This document shows, in pieces, positions 7,262-15,324 of a DNA stretch of 33,478 bases. Position 1 is the first letter of the stretch. Every line of letters begins with the position of its first letter. This DNA is from an uncultured Victivallales bacterium. Lineage in GTDB: Bacteria; Verrucomicrobiota; Lentisphaeria; Victivallales; CAZGYO01. The translations under genes were made by a program, and so were the position numbers. The stretch lies in NCBI GenBank assembly GCA_964530455.1, contig CAZGYO010000001.1, positions 1 to 33,478 of the forward strand, in the 5' to 3' direction. The notes under the pieces were generated by a model. It had not been told where the DNA came from, did no database searches, and saw only the letters and a program-made list of their open reading frames with translations.

Positions 7262-9208
7262 GTGACGATTATGAGATCATTCGGAAATTTTATTTCAAAA
7301 TATGTTTTCTCGACAGCCGGAATCCTGCTGGCACTTCTACTTGCGTTCGCGGTGAACATGCTTCTGCGCGGAGTCAGCATACGTGCCGACCTGACCGAAA
7401 AGAAGCTGTATACGCTTTCGGACGGCACGAAGAACATACTTGACGGGCTGGAATCAAAGGTAACTCTCCGTTTCTATTCCACACGCGGGGAAAACCAGAT
7501 GCCGCTGTTTTTCAGGAAATACTCGCGCCGCGTGGAGGATCTTCTGGAGGAATATGTGGAACACGGGAACGGGAAAATTGTCCTGAAAAAATTTGACCCC
7601 GTGCCGGACTCGGACGCCGAAGACGCCGCGATTATGGACGGGATCACGCCGCAGCGGCTTCCGACGGGCGAAAAGTTCTACCTTGGGCTCGCCATGAACT
7701 GCCCCCCGGAAAACACCTCAATCCCGTTTTTGTCGCCGGCCGATGAAACAACTCTCGAATATGACCTGAGCAGCTCCATAATCGAGGTTATGAACCTTGA
7801 AAAACCCGTAGTCGGAATCGTTTCCGGACTTCCCGTGACGGGCGGCAACCCTATGCCGATGATGAGGCAGTCCCGGCCTAAACCCCCGTGGATATACGTG
7901 CAGGAACTCCAGCGCAAATACTCGGTAAAAATGCTGGGGTCCGAACTTGACAATATCGACCCGTCAATCAGCCTGCTCATCCTCCACCATCCGAAAAATC
8001 TTTCAGAAACGGCTGTCTACGCTATAGACCAGTTCCTCATGAAAGGCGGAAAGCTCATCATCGCGGTAGACCCGTACTGCATGGCGGAAAGCAAGTCCAA
8101 TCCGATGCAGTTCATGGGGCAGCAGAAACCAATGCCCGGCAGTTCCAGTCTTCCGAGACTCTTCGCGGCCTGGGGTGTCGAATTCACGGAAAACGAGATT
8201 CTCGCGGACTACGGTAACGCCATGAGGAACCTTGTCGACATGGGCGAGGAGATTTACCCGACCATACTCCATATGAGGGAAATCGACAACGAGGACGAGA
8301 TAGGCCTGGCGGGGCTCAACCTCATAAACATGGTTTACGCAGGAACATTCAAGTGCGATCCTCCTTCCGGGCTGTCGAAAGAAGTCCTGCTGGAATCCAC
8401 CACGACCTCGGGAATGATGCCGACGCAGTTCGCGGAACTCCCGGCAGCCGCCATGAAGGACGATTTTAAGCCCGACAGCAAAAAGAAGGCGCTGGCGCTG
8501 AGATTGACCGGAAATTTTAAAAGCGCTTTCGCCGGAAAACCAGAATTGGATGACGAGGAAGAAAACGACTCCGAGGAAGGGGAAGCCGGCAACGCCGAAG
8601 ATAAAGGCAAACCCGAACCTGCCGATGAAACCCATATCAAATCCTCGCTGAAAGAAACTTCTGTCGTCCTTATCGGCGACGCCGACATGCTTTTCGACTA
8701 CTTCTGCGTTTCCAGGCAGAATACGATTTTCGGGTCAATGGTCAAGGCCTTTAATGATAATCTGGTATTCATACAGAACCTTGTGGATCAGCTTTCCGGC
8801 GACCAGAACCTGATCGCCATAAGGGGAAGGAAGTCCTCGGCCAGACCTTTCAAGACCATAATCAGCATGCAGGAGAAGGCTCAGGACAAATACAAGCAGG
8901 AACTTGACGAACTCAGTGAGAAAAAACAGTCGGCCGAAAGAAAGATTAACCGGCTCCAGCAAGCCAGGGGCGAAAATGAAAGTATGATCCTTAGCCCCGA
9001 ACAGCAGAAAGAGATCGAAAAGTTCCAGAGGGAGGTTGTCACAAGCAACAAGCAGCTGAAAGAACTTAGAAAGAAACTGCGCAAGGATATCGACTCACTT
9101 AAGACCACGATCGAAATCATCAATATCGGGCTGGTCCCGCTGCTGGTCGCACTGCTGGGGATACTGTATTCCATCATCAGGAAAACAAGGAGCAGGACTA
9201 CAGCATGA
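7262..9208 (+). CDS. GldG-family ABC-transporter auxiliary protein
   Basis: 648 aa with N- and C-terminal TM anchors. Resembles the GldG/'ABC-type uncharacterized transport system' family (KVTLRFYST...LLEEY...GKIVLKKFDP). Its position after the ABC-2 permease fits. GTG at 7262 or ATG at 7271. Confidence 0.72.
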   Translation: MTIMRSFGNFISKYVFSTAGILLALLLAFAVNMLLRGVSIRADLTEKKLYTLSDGTKNILDGLESKVTLRFYSTRGENQMPLFFRKYSRRVEDLLEEYVEHGNGKIVLKKFDPVPDSDAEDAAIMDGITPQRLPTGEKFYLGLAMNCPPENTSIPFLSPADETTLEYDLSSSIIEVMNLEKPVVGIVSGLPVTGGNPMPMMRQSRPKPPWIYVQELQRKYSVKMLGSELDNIDPSISLLILHHPKNLSETAVYAIDQFLMKGGKLIIAVDPYCMAESKSNPMQFMGQQKPMPGSSSLPRLFAAWGVEFTENEILADYGNAMRNLVDMGEEIYPTILHMREIDNEDEIGLAGLNLINMVYAGTFKCDPPSGLSKEVLLESTTTSGMMPTQFAELPAAAMKDDFKPDSKKKALALRLTGNFKSAFAGKPELDDEEENDSEEGEAGNAEDKGKPEPADETHIKSSLKETSVVLIGDADMLFDYFCVSRQNTIFGSMVKAFNDNLVFIQNLVDQLSGDQNLIAIRGRKSSARPFKTIISMQEKAQDKYKQELDELSEKKQSAERKINRLQQARGENESMILSPEQQKEIEKFQREVVTSNKQLKELRKKLRKDIDSLKTTIEIINIGLVPLLVALLGILYSIIRKTRSRTTA

Positions 9209-10365
9209 GAAAAAGCAACTTCATCATCCTTTTCATTACTGCCGCAGTCATCGTCCTTCTGGCAGTTTTCGCGCGCTGGATGGAGCGCAAGTCCATCAGT
9301 TCCGACGAGATGTCACTCGGGGAAAAGCCTCTTAAAGACTTGCCGGTAAACGACTTTACAAGGATAGCTCTTTACCGGGGCGACAAACCCGAAGTCATGC
9401 TTATCAAAGACGAAGATTCATGGAAACTTGCCAACAGAGGCGGATATCCCGCGAATTTCGCAAAGATCCGGGATTTTCTGCGTTCGCTGATCGATGTGCG
9501 CATAAAACAGGTCGCGGATATACCAAGTTCGCGCTTTGAAGCTGTAGGGTTTGCCGGGGATGAGGCCGTAAAGCTTGTTCTGAGCAGGAACGCGAAAGAT
9601 GCGGGAATGGAGATCATTTTCGGTGCAAACCATATAAGGGAAGTGGCGTCCGAAGAGTTCGGGCTTCAAAGAAGACCGGACGGCAGGTACGTCCATATTC
9701 CCGGAGAGAATCTCTCTTTTGTTACCGACAGCATGTTTTACGACCTCTCGTCGCCCGATGCATCCGACTGGTTAAAAAAGGATTTTGCTGGAATAGAGAA
9801 ACCCGAAAGCATAAAGCTGACCGATGAAGACGGAGAAACGCTGTGGGCGCTTGCCGCCGGTGAAGACGGCAAACTTGCTCCTGTTCCCGCGCCGCAAGAG
9901 GGCACCGTGAACAAAAGCAAGGTCAGTTCCGTGCGCAACCGGCTTTCCTCGCTGAGTTTCGAGGACGTCGTCGCAGCCAACGAAAAGACACTGGCCGAAA
10001 CCGGTCTGGATAACGCGAAACTCCTGGTCGCCGCCAGCGATAAAAAGAAACTCAGCTTGTCGATAGGCAAAAAAGAGAAGTCCTACTACTTCGTAAAAGT
10101 AGATGTCGAGTATCTGGATAAAGAGAAATCCTCAGCAAAAGAAAAGGCTTCAGCAGAGGACGAATCTGAACGCGCTGAGGACACCGCGGGAAAAACCGAA
10201 ACCCCGGAAAAAGAAAAGCCTGAAATGGATTTTTCGCGGTGGATATACCTTGTCAACGACTACATAATCGATGATTTCACGGCAGACGCCCCGGATTTCA
10301 TAAACCTGCCTGAAAATAAAACGGGACAGGATAAAAATTCCGGGAACCCCGGCAACCCGGAATAG
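9205..10365 (+). CDS. DUF4340-like protein (usual partner of GldG-type modules)
   Basis: 386 aa with an N-terminal TM helix, a 4-nt overlap with the GldG-like gene and an acidic low-complexity C-terminal third. The family call rests on gene order and general resemblance only. Confidence 0.55.
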   Translation: MRKSNFIILFITAAVIVLLAVFARWMERKSISSDEMSLGEKPLKDLPVNDFTRIALYRGDKPEVMLIKDEDSWKLANRGGYPANFAKIRDFLRSLIDVRIKQVADIPSSRFEAVGFAGDEAVKLVLSRNAKDAGMEIIFGANHIREVASEEFGLQRRPDGRYVHIPGENLSFVTDSMFYDLSSPDASDWLKKDFAGIEKPESIKLTDEDGETLWALAAGEDGKLAPVPAPQEGTVNKSKVSSVRNRLSSLSFEDVVAANEKTLAETGLDNAKLLVAASDKKKLSLSIGKKEKSYYFVKVDVEYLDKEKSSAKEKASAEDESERAEDTAGKTETPEKEKPEMDFSRWIYLVNDYIIDDFTADAPDFINLPENKTGQDKNSGNPGNPE

Positions 10366-10366
10366 C

Positions 10367-11851
10367 TCATTCGCCACGCCGCCCCTCGGAACGATAAATG
10401 CTGTAGTGTCCCGTGTCCGCGATCAGAACGAATTTTTGCACAGCGAACCTTTCGCGCAGTTTCCGCACAGTGTCTTTATTTTTCGCAACTACATAAAAAG
10501 CGCCTGTTTCCGGGGCGGAGGCTTTTCTGTTGATCGTATCGAAAAGTATCCTGTCCCAGTCAGTTCCCGCGAGTTTCGCATACAGAAGAATCGACGGGCC
10601 ATCGGACATGCGGTCAACAAATATCGTGCTGTCAGCAGGCAGTTCCTTTATTTTTTCCACCGTGCTGAGCGGATCGAAATCGGGATCCAGATAGTAGGGA
10701 TGAAAAAAGTCGTCCTGGCCGAATTGCGGAGTGAGATTATCAGAGATGAATTCCGCGTAAATATGCTGCACGACTCCTGAACCGGCTATAAAAACAGATA
10801 TCAGAATAAATACCGCCGTCCTTGCCCTTGCATCAAGATTTTTCCTGAGACATGCATTGAAACGTCTTATCCCGGGCAGAAGGGTGTATAGAAAAAGCGG
10901 TAGAAGCGGAAAGAAAATCCTCGGGAACGGAGGGGGGGTGCGCAGGAGAAAAAAAGGAAGCGGCAGAAGAAGCAGTATAATAGCTTTTCTCAGCGCGCAG
11001 AAAGATATTCTTCCGACCGTGGCGCCGACGATAAAAAGAAATATCGGCACCGCTCCCAGAACAGCAATCATACCGTAGTAGTGAATACAAGCCGCCTGCC
11101 AACTGCTCCAGCCCTCTTCAAGAGACATCACTTTCAACAGCTTGCTGAAAATGGGGCCGTAGAAAAGTAAAAAAAACAAGGGGGGGATAGCGGCAAGCAG
11201 AAAGCCACGGTTCCTGCGGGCTCTGTCGACGATGTCCCCGGGTGTGAATGCGAGAAGCAGCGCGGCATATATCCCGACAACAGAACTCGGCAACACTGCC
11301 AGCGCGGCAAAAGAGCTGACGCAAAAAGACGCAAGCGATTTTTTCGAAGCGGACTCGCGAAACCTCATGGCCGCCTCCATGGTGAATACAAGAAACAATG
11401 CGCTGCAGATATATCCGCGGACGGCCGTGGAATATATGCTGAACGGAACAGAAACGCTCAGAGCCAGAACCGCGTAAAAAGCAGTTACTGACCCGAATCT
11501 TCTCTTCCAGAAACTGAATGTGAAAAAAACAAGAAGCGCTCCGGCGACAAATGAAAGTAGCCTGAATGGTAATTCATGTATTCCGAACACCGGTGTTAAA
11601 ATCTCCAACCAGACGCGCAACAGCAGCGAGTACCCGATATGGTTGTTTGGGATCGGATAACTGAGATAGGTCTCCCGCAACGTCGGCCGTAGCACGAAAT
11701 TGCTTATCGTCAGGGACTCGTCGAACCAGAACGGGCGGAACAGAAAATCCCCTGCGAAAATAAAGAAAAGCACGAAGAGCAGGCCCAGCGCCGCTTTTTC
11801 CCTGAGACCGCGGCTTGTTCCGGGCACGAATCCCTCGGGAACCTTATTCAT
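10367..11851 (-). CDS. Polytopic membrane protein, GT-C fold (GT39/ArnT-like) glycosyltransferase candidate
   Basis: 494 aa, roughly 10 or more hydrophobic segments, FDE motif in the first loop (RPFWFDESL) and a soluble C-terminal domain of about 130 aa. Overlaps the apgM stop by 4 nt. Confidence 0.5.
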   Translation of the reverse strand: MNKVPEGFVPGTSRGLREKAALGLLFVLFFIFAGDFLFRPFWFDESLTISNFVLRPTLRETYLSYPIPNNHIGYSLLLRVWLEILTPVFGIHELPFRLLSFVAGALLVFFTFSFWKRRFGSVTAFYAVLALSVSVPFSIYSTAVRGYICSALFLVFTMEAAMRFRESASKKSLASFCVSSFAALAVLPSSVVGIYAALLLAFTPGDIVDRARRNRGFLLAAIPPLFFLLFYGPIFSKLLKVMSLEEGWSSWQAACIHYYGMIAVLGAVPIFLFIVGATVGRISFCALRKAIILLLLPLPFFLLRTPPPFPRIFFPLLPLFLYTLLPGIRRFNACLRKNLDARARTAVFILISVFIAGSGVVQHIYAEFISDNLTPQFGQDDFFHPYYLDPDFDPLSTVEKIKELPADSTIFVDRMSDGPSILLYAKLAGTDWDRILFDTINRKASAPETGAFYVVAKNKDTVRKLRERFAVQKFVLIADTGHYSIYRSEGRRGE

Positions 11852-13068
11852 GCGCCATCTTCCAGGTCAAGGATCTTTTTCATAAGCATATCGCCTTTCA
11901 TGCGGCCCAGGCCTCCTTCCGCGGCCTCCGGTTCCGAATAATGCATGACTCTGTCGAACCGGATATGCGGACCGCAGATGGCGACAGGCACGGGCGTGCG
12001 TGTATGCTTACGCTTTTTAACGGGTACCGGATGATCCGGCAACACGGCGAAAGAAACATCATCCATCCCGGACAAAGCCTGCATCACGGGAGCGACAATC
12101 CTGTTCTCAAAATGCGCTATCGCCTGCATTTTCAGTTCCAGATCGCCCATATGCGAACACTCGTCTATGGCTTCAACATGCAGATACACAAAATCGTGGT
12201 TTTGCAACGCCTTAACCGCGGCTTCGGCCTTGGCCTCGAAATCCGTATCGATAAACCCGGTCGCGCCCGGAATGCGAATACACTCCATCTGCGCGCATTT
12301 CGCAATACCGAAAATCACGTCTACCGCGCTTATGACGGCCGCCCTCCTGCCCGCATACTTGTCCGAAAAGGACGGCAGCTCAGGTTTTCCGCCCGGACTC
12401 CATGGCCAAATCCGGTTTGCGGGTGATTTCGAATCCGCGTTAAGAGGATGCTCCGCTAGAAAAACCCCGCTTTTATCCGCTAAGTCTTCCAGAAAGTCCA
12501 CCGTGCAGCGCGCTTCCGCGCTTTCGTCCGCGGGACGGAGCCTAAGGTCCATGATCAATTCCCCCTGCGACGAGTCCGGTTTATGATACAGAAATTTTTC
12601 ACTGAACTCGCTTCCGTGCAGAACAAGCAGGTTCCGATAGCTTACCCCGGCATGAAAGGAAACCTTTTCCGAACCAAATTCGGACTGCAGGGCCTTTATC
12701 AGCGCAATTGATTTCTCCTGCGCGACATGCCCGGCGGAATAATCCTTCAGAACCCCTCCCTCAACAGTCACAAAGTTTATACGCATGGCAATATCCTCTT
12801 CGGATAGTTCGACCCCCATGCTCGCTGCTTCAAGAGGCCCTCTTCCGGGAAAACAGGACGAGACATCATAGCCCAGCACCGACATGTTGGCAACGTCGGA
12901 AGAGGTCGGATATCCCTCAGGAAGTGTCAGGAAAGTGCCGCTTGCGCCTTCCGCGGCAATCCTGTCCATCCACGGAGTATCCACCGCCTGCAGAGGTGTC
13001 CTCCCCCCGAGTTCGGGCAGTGCTTCGTCAGCCATTCCATCGGCCAGAAATAATACGGCTTTGCTCAT
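11848..13068 (-). CDS. apgM: Cofactor-independent phosphoglycerate mutase, archaeal-type (ApgM family)
   Basis: N-terminus KAVLFLADGMADEALPELGGRTPLQAVDTPWMDRIA plus TSSDVANMSVLGYD and the length (406 aa) match the ApgM/metalloenzyme family. Confidence 0.85.
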   Translation of the reverse strand: MSKAVLFLADGMADEALPELGGRTPLQAVDTPWMDRIAAEGASGTFLTLPEGYPTSSDVANMSVLGYDVSSCFPGRGPLEAASMGVELSEEDIAMRINFVTVEGGVLKDYSAGHVAQEKSIALIKALQSEFGSEKVSFHAGVSYRNLLVLHGSEFSEKFLYHKPDSSQGELIMDLRLRPADESAEARCTVDFLEDLADKSGVFLAEHPLNADSKSPANRIWPWSPGGKPELPSFSDKYAGRRAAVISAVDVIFGIAKCAQMECIRIPGATGFIDTDFEAKAEAAVKALQNHDFVYLHVEAIDECSHMGDLELKMQAIAHFENRIVAPVMQALSGMDDVSFAVLPDHPVPVKKRKHTRTPVPVAICGPHIRFDRVMHYSEPEAAEGGLGRMKGDMLMKKILDLEDGA

Positions 13069-13251
13069 TTTATCCTTTACTGTAGCAGATCTATGCTTAA
13101 ATTCTTGTTAACTTAATAATGAAAGACCGATTCTGCAAATGCAGCCGCTCACGAACAAGATGCCGGAGCGCCGTCACACGGCACTACAGCCCGGCGTTCG
13201 GCCCGGTCGCCATACTGTTCGGTAAAACGTGTGCGGAAACAGAAAGAAGAG

Positions 13252-13325
13252 TGGCTGGCCGACAAGGACTCGAACCTTGACTAACAGGGCCAGAACCTGT
13301 CGTGCTACCATTACACCATCGGCCA
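13252..13325 (-). tRNA. tRNA-Gln (anticodon CUG), CCA encoded
   Basis: Hand-folded cloverleaf: acceptor TGGCCGA/TCGGCCA (U1-A72), D arm GTGT-AATGGTA-GCAC, anticodon arm ACAGG-TTCTGGC-CCTGT, variable TAGT, T arm CAAGG-TTCGAGT-CCTTG, discriminator G, CCA. Confidence 0.93.
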
Positions 13326-13356
13326 GAGAGAAGCGTAAAATAACCGTTAATCACGA

Positions 13357-13375
13357 TTAGTCAAGGTTCGAGTCC
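13357..13375 (+). repeat. Perfect 19-bp inverted duplicate of the tRNA-Gln variable-loop/T-arm segment
   Basis: ttagtcaaggttcgagtcc (13357-13375, + strand) is the exact reverse complement of 13266-13284 inside the tRNA gene. Similarity stops at both ends of the 19-mer. Confidence 0.85.
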
Positions 13376-13481
13376 CTTTCTATCTCCTTGGCCCGCATAT
13401 TTCATGAAAAATCGATATTTTAGGGTTAATGTCCTGTTTATTAACAGGTTATATGAATTTTTAAAAATTACAAAATGTAAT

Positions 13482-13712
13482 TTAAAGGAACAGAAGATTT
13501 TTCACCCAGCGCATTCGCATTTCATAGGGATCGCCCTCGCGCAGACCTTCCAGTTCAAACCGCAGATTGACATGTTCACGAAGTTTCAGGAACTGTTCGG
13601 TCCGCTCCTCGACCGGCTTCTTGATAAAGATAAGTTCCGTTTTTTGCTGTCCGGCATTAACCTCCAAATCAAAGAGTCTCAATATACCCCGGCGAAACAT
13701 TTTTCCCAACAC
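13482..13712 (-). CDS. Hypothetical small protein (about 73-76 aa), no family recognised
   Basis: Only ORF with protein-like charged/hydrophobic alternation in the 13.33-13.81 kb gap (FRRGILRLFDLEVNAGQQKTELIFIKKPVEERTEQFLKLREH...). TTG at 13712 or ATG at 13703. Its stop is embedded in an AT hairpin at 13465-13483. Confidence 0.25.
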   Translation of the reverse strand: MLGKMFRRGILRLFDLEVNAGQQKTELIFIKKPVEERTEQFLKLREHVNLRFELEGLREGDPYEMRMRWVKNLLFL

Positions 13713-13740
13713 CGTTCACGCGGAGTCTTCAAATCGGCCA
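13713..13740 (+). repeat. Decayed solo right arm of the MITE/REP-like element
   Basis: cgttcacgcggagtcttcaaatcggcca matches the right-arm consensus ggttcacgcggagttttgaaactggctc at about 21 of 28 positions. No left arm was found. Confidence 0.5.
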
Positions 13741-13811
13741 CAAATTCCGAAAAATAAAATATCAAACGATCGAAGGCCTCTTGCCCCCCTGTTGTACCAC
13801 AGAAAAAACGG

Positions 13812-15056
13812 CTAAACGGAATAAAAGCGCCGGAGCTTTTCCGGAGAGAAGCCAAAAAGATAGGCCGCGATCATAATTTGATTCCGCAGGGTTGTTCTGA
13901 GCAAACCGAGTCGCCGCCAACGCCGAGCTGAAGATGTTGCCGCTTGCGGCAATGTCACAATACGTCCCTGACGGCGCAAGCGTCTGACCAGCTCGAAATC
14001 TTCCATAATCGGCATCTCAGGAAACGGCCCTGTCTTAAAAAAAATATCTCTATTCATAAACAGTCCCTGGTCACCATACGGCATCTGCAATTTCTGCGCA
14101 CGGAGATTTGTCCCCCACTCGATAAGGCGCATGAATAGCTTTGCATAATCTGTGCGGAAGCTGAAAGCTCCGGCAATAACATCGCTACGGATAGCATTTC
14201 TTATCAATTCAGCGTAACCCACGGGAAGCAAGCTATCCGCATGCAGGAAAAGCAGTATCTCGCCATCGGCGACCGAGGCGCCGGCATTCATCTGGAAGGC
14301 TCGCCCGGGCTTCGGCCAGCACAGCAACCGGTCAGCACCATCTCCGGCAATTCCACACGTCCTGTCGGAACTGCCACCATCAACGACAATGCTTTCGACA
14401 TTGAATCCATCCTCAATCCGTCCCAAAGTGGTGGCAAGGCATCCCTCTTCATTGAGTGTGGGAATAATCACAGAAATCCGAGCGGGCAGATCCTCCGGGC
14501 GGTCTATGTCGCCCAGCAACGGCATTTGCGAAATTCGCAGATGCCCGACGGCGCGCATGCTCTGTGCGAGCACCTCTCCCGACCCCCACTCGATATCGGA
14601 AAAAAATTCGGAATGAAACTCCTTCATGCCAAGCAGATAGTAGCCTCCGTCCTTCGCCGGGCCGATAACGCAATCACTGCCGTCCAAAAGCCGAAAAGCC
14701 TCCCGAATATTCAGCCAGTGATTTGCCGGACAATCGCTACCGATAATAACGACACGCCATGCGCCGGCTTTAAAATGCTCCTGAAACGCCCGACCCATCC
14801 GTTCGCCAAGATCGCCACTACCCTGATCGGCATAATCGAGATCATCACCGAGCCAGTCGCGCATCTGCAGTTCCGTTCCCCCCGTATAGCGGATTTCAAC
14901 CGGAAATCCGCTTTTCAAGGCCTGACGCAAAGTATGTTCGGTCATTTTGTGCTGGAATTCAGCCGCGCCTTCGGCGCCGAGTGCGGGAATCAGGCGGGTC
15001 TTCGTCTGCCCGGGAACCGGGAAGCGGGTGAAGATGATAATTCTAGTATCGCTCAC
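13812..15056 (-). CDS. Fusion of a DUF2064 (TIGR04282-type) domain and a GT2 (TIGR04283-type) glycosyltransferase domain
   Basis: The N-terminal half begins IIIFTRFPVPGQTKTRL...GSDCP...AKDGGYYLLG (DUF2064 hallmark). The C-terminal half begins ISVIIPTLNEEG...VDGGSSDRT...LFLHADS (GT2). GTG start at 15056 with ggag 8 nt upstream. Confidence 0.82.
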   Translation of the reverse strand: MSDTRIIIFTRFPVPGQTKTRLIPALGAEGAAEFQHKMTEHTLRQALKSGFPVEIRYTGGTELQMRDWLGDDLDYADQGSGDLGERMGRAFQEHFKAGAWRVVIIGSDCPANHWLNIREAFRLLDGSDCVIGPAKDGGYYLLGMKEFHSEFFSDIEWGSGEVLAQSMRAVGHLRISQMPLLGDIDRPEDLPARISVIIPTLNEEGCLATTLGRIEDGFNVESIVVDGGSSDRTCGIAGDGADRLLCWPKPGRAFQMNAGASVADGEILLFLHADSLLPVGYAELIRNAIRSDVIAGAFSFRTDYAKLFMRLIEWGTNLRAQKLQMPYGDQGLFMNRDIFFKTGPFPEMPIMEDFELVRRLRRQGRIVTLPQAATSSARRWRRLGLLRTTLRNQIMIAAYLFGFSPEKLRRFYSV

Positions 15057-15151
15057 TTGGTCGCTCCATAATCAGGCGCCTGATGTTTTGCCCCGTGCAG
15101 CGGCATAAAGTCCAGCATCCGTCGGCTGACGGACTGGTCGCATGGTTTGAT

Positions 15152-15322
15152 CAATCATCTCTGATTCCTACTTTTTTCAATTCGGACTCGATAAAGCCGT
15201 TCTGTAAAACCGCCTTCGCTTTCAAATCCAGGTCAAGACGTTCGACCTGACGGTCGAGGAGTGAGCAGGCAACCGGCTAACAGCACAAATGCGGCGTTGG
15301 CGGAAAATTCAAATGACTGAAC
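15152..15322 (-). pseudogene. Possible 3' remnant of a type I R-M specificity subunit (hsdS) with an in-frame TAG
   Basis: Hand translation directly after the RhuM stop gives FSHLNFPPTPHLCC*PVACSLLDRQVERLDLDLKAKAVLQNGFIESELKKVGIRDD*. This loosely follows the HsdS conserved-region pattern (LPPL..EQ..I...LD...[IV]..L....K....Q..F.E.L). Weak, from memory only. Confidence 0.3.
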
Positions 15323-15324
15323 CT

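Noticed and set aside
10365-10367. Convergent genes (DUF4340-like and GT-C-like) whose stop codons are separated by a single nucleotide, with no terminator.
   Set aside because: Tight convergent packing is common in compact genomes. No hairpin or other signal is present to interpret.
14241-15071. Long antisense ORFs opposite well-supported genes. Examples: 14241-15071 (+), 26124-27050 (+), 6011-6697 (-), 8003-8635 (-), 11815-12426 (+), 16794-17300 (+), 19128-19577 (+).
   Set aside because: Each lies fully within a gene whose product has clear family motifs on the other strand. Their translations are Arg/Pro/Gly/Ser-rich with no recognisable motifs, as expected for open antisense frames in moderately GC-rich DNA.
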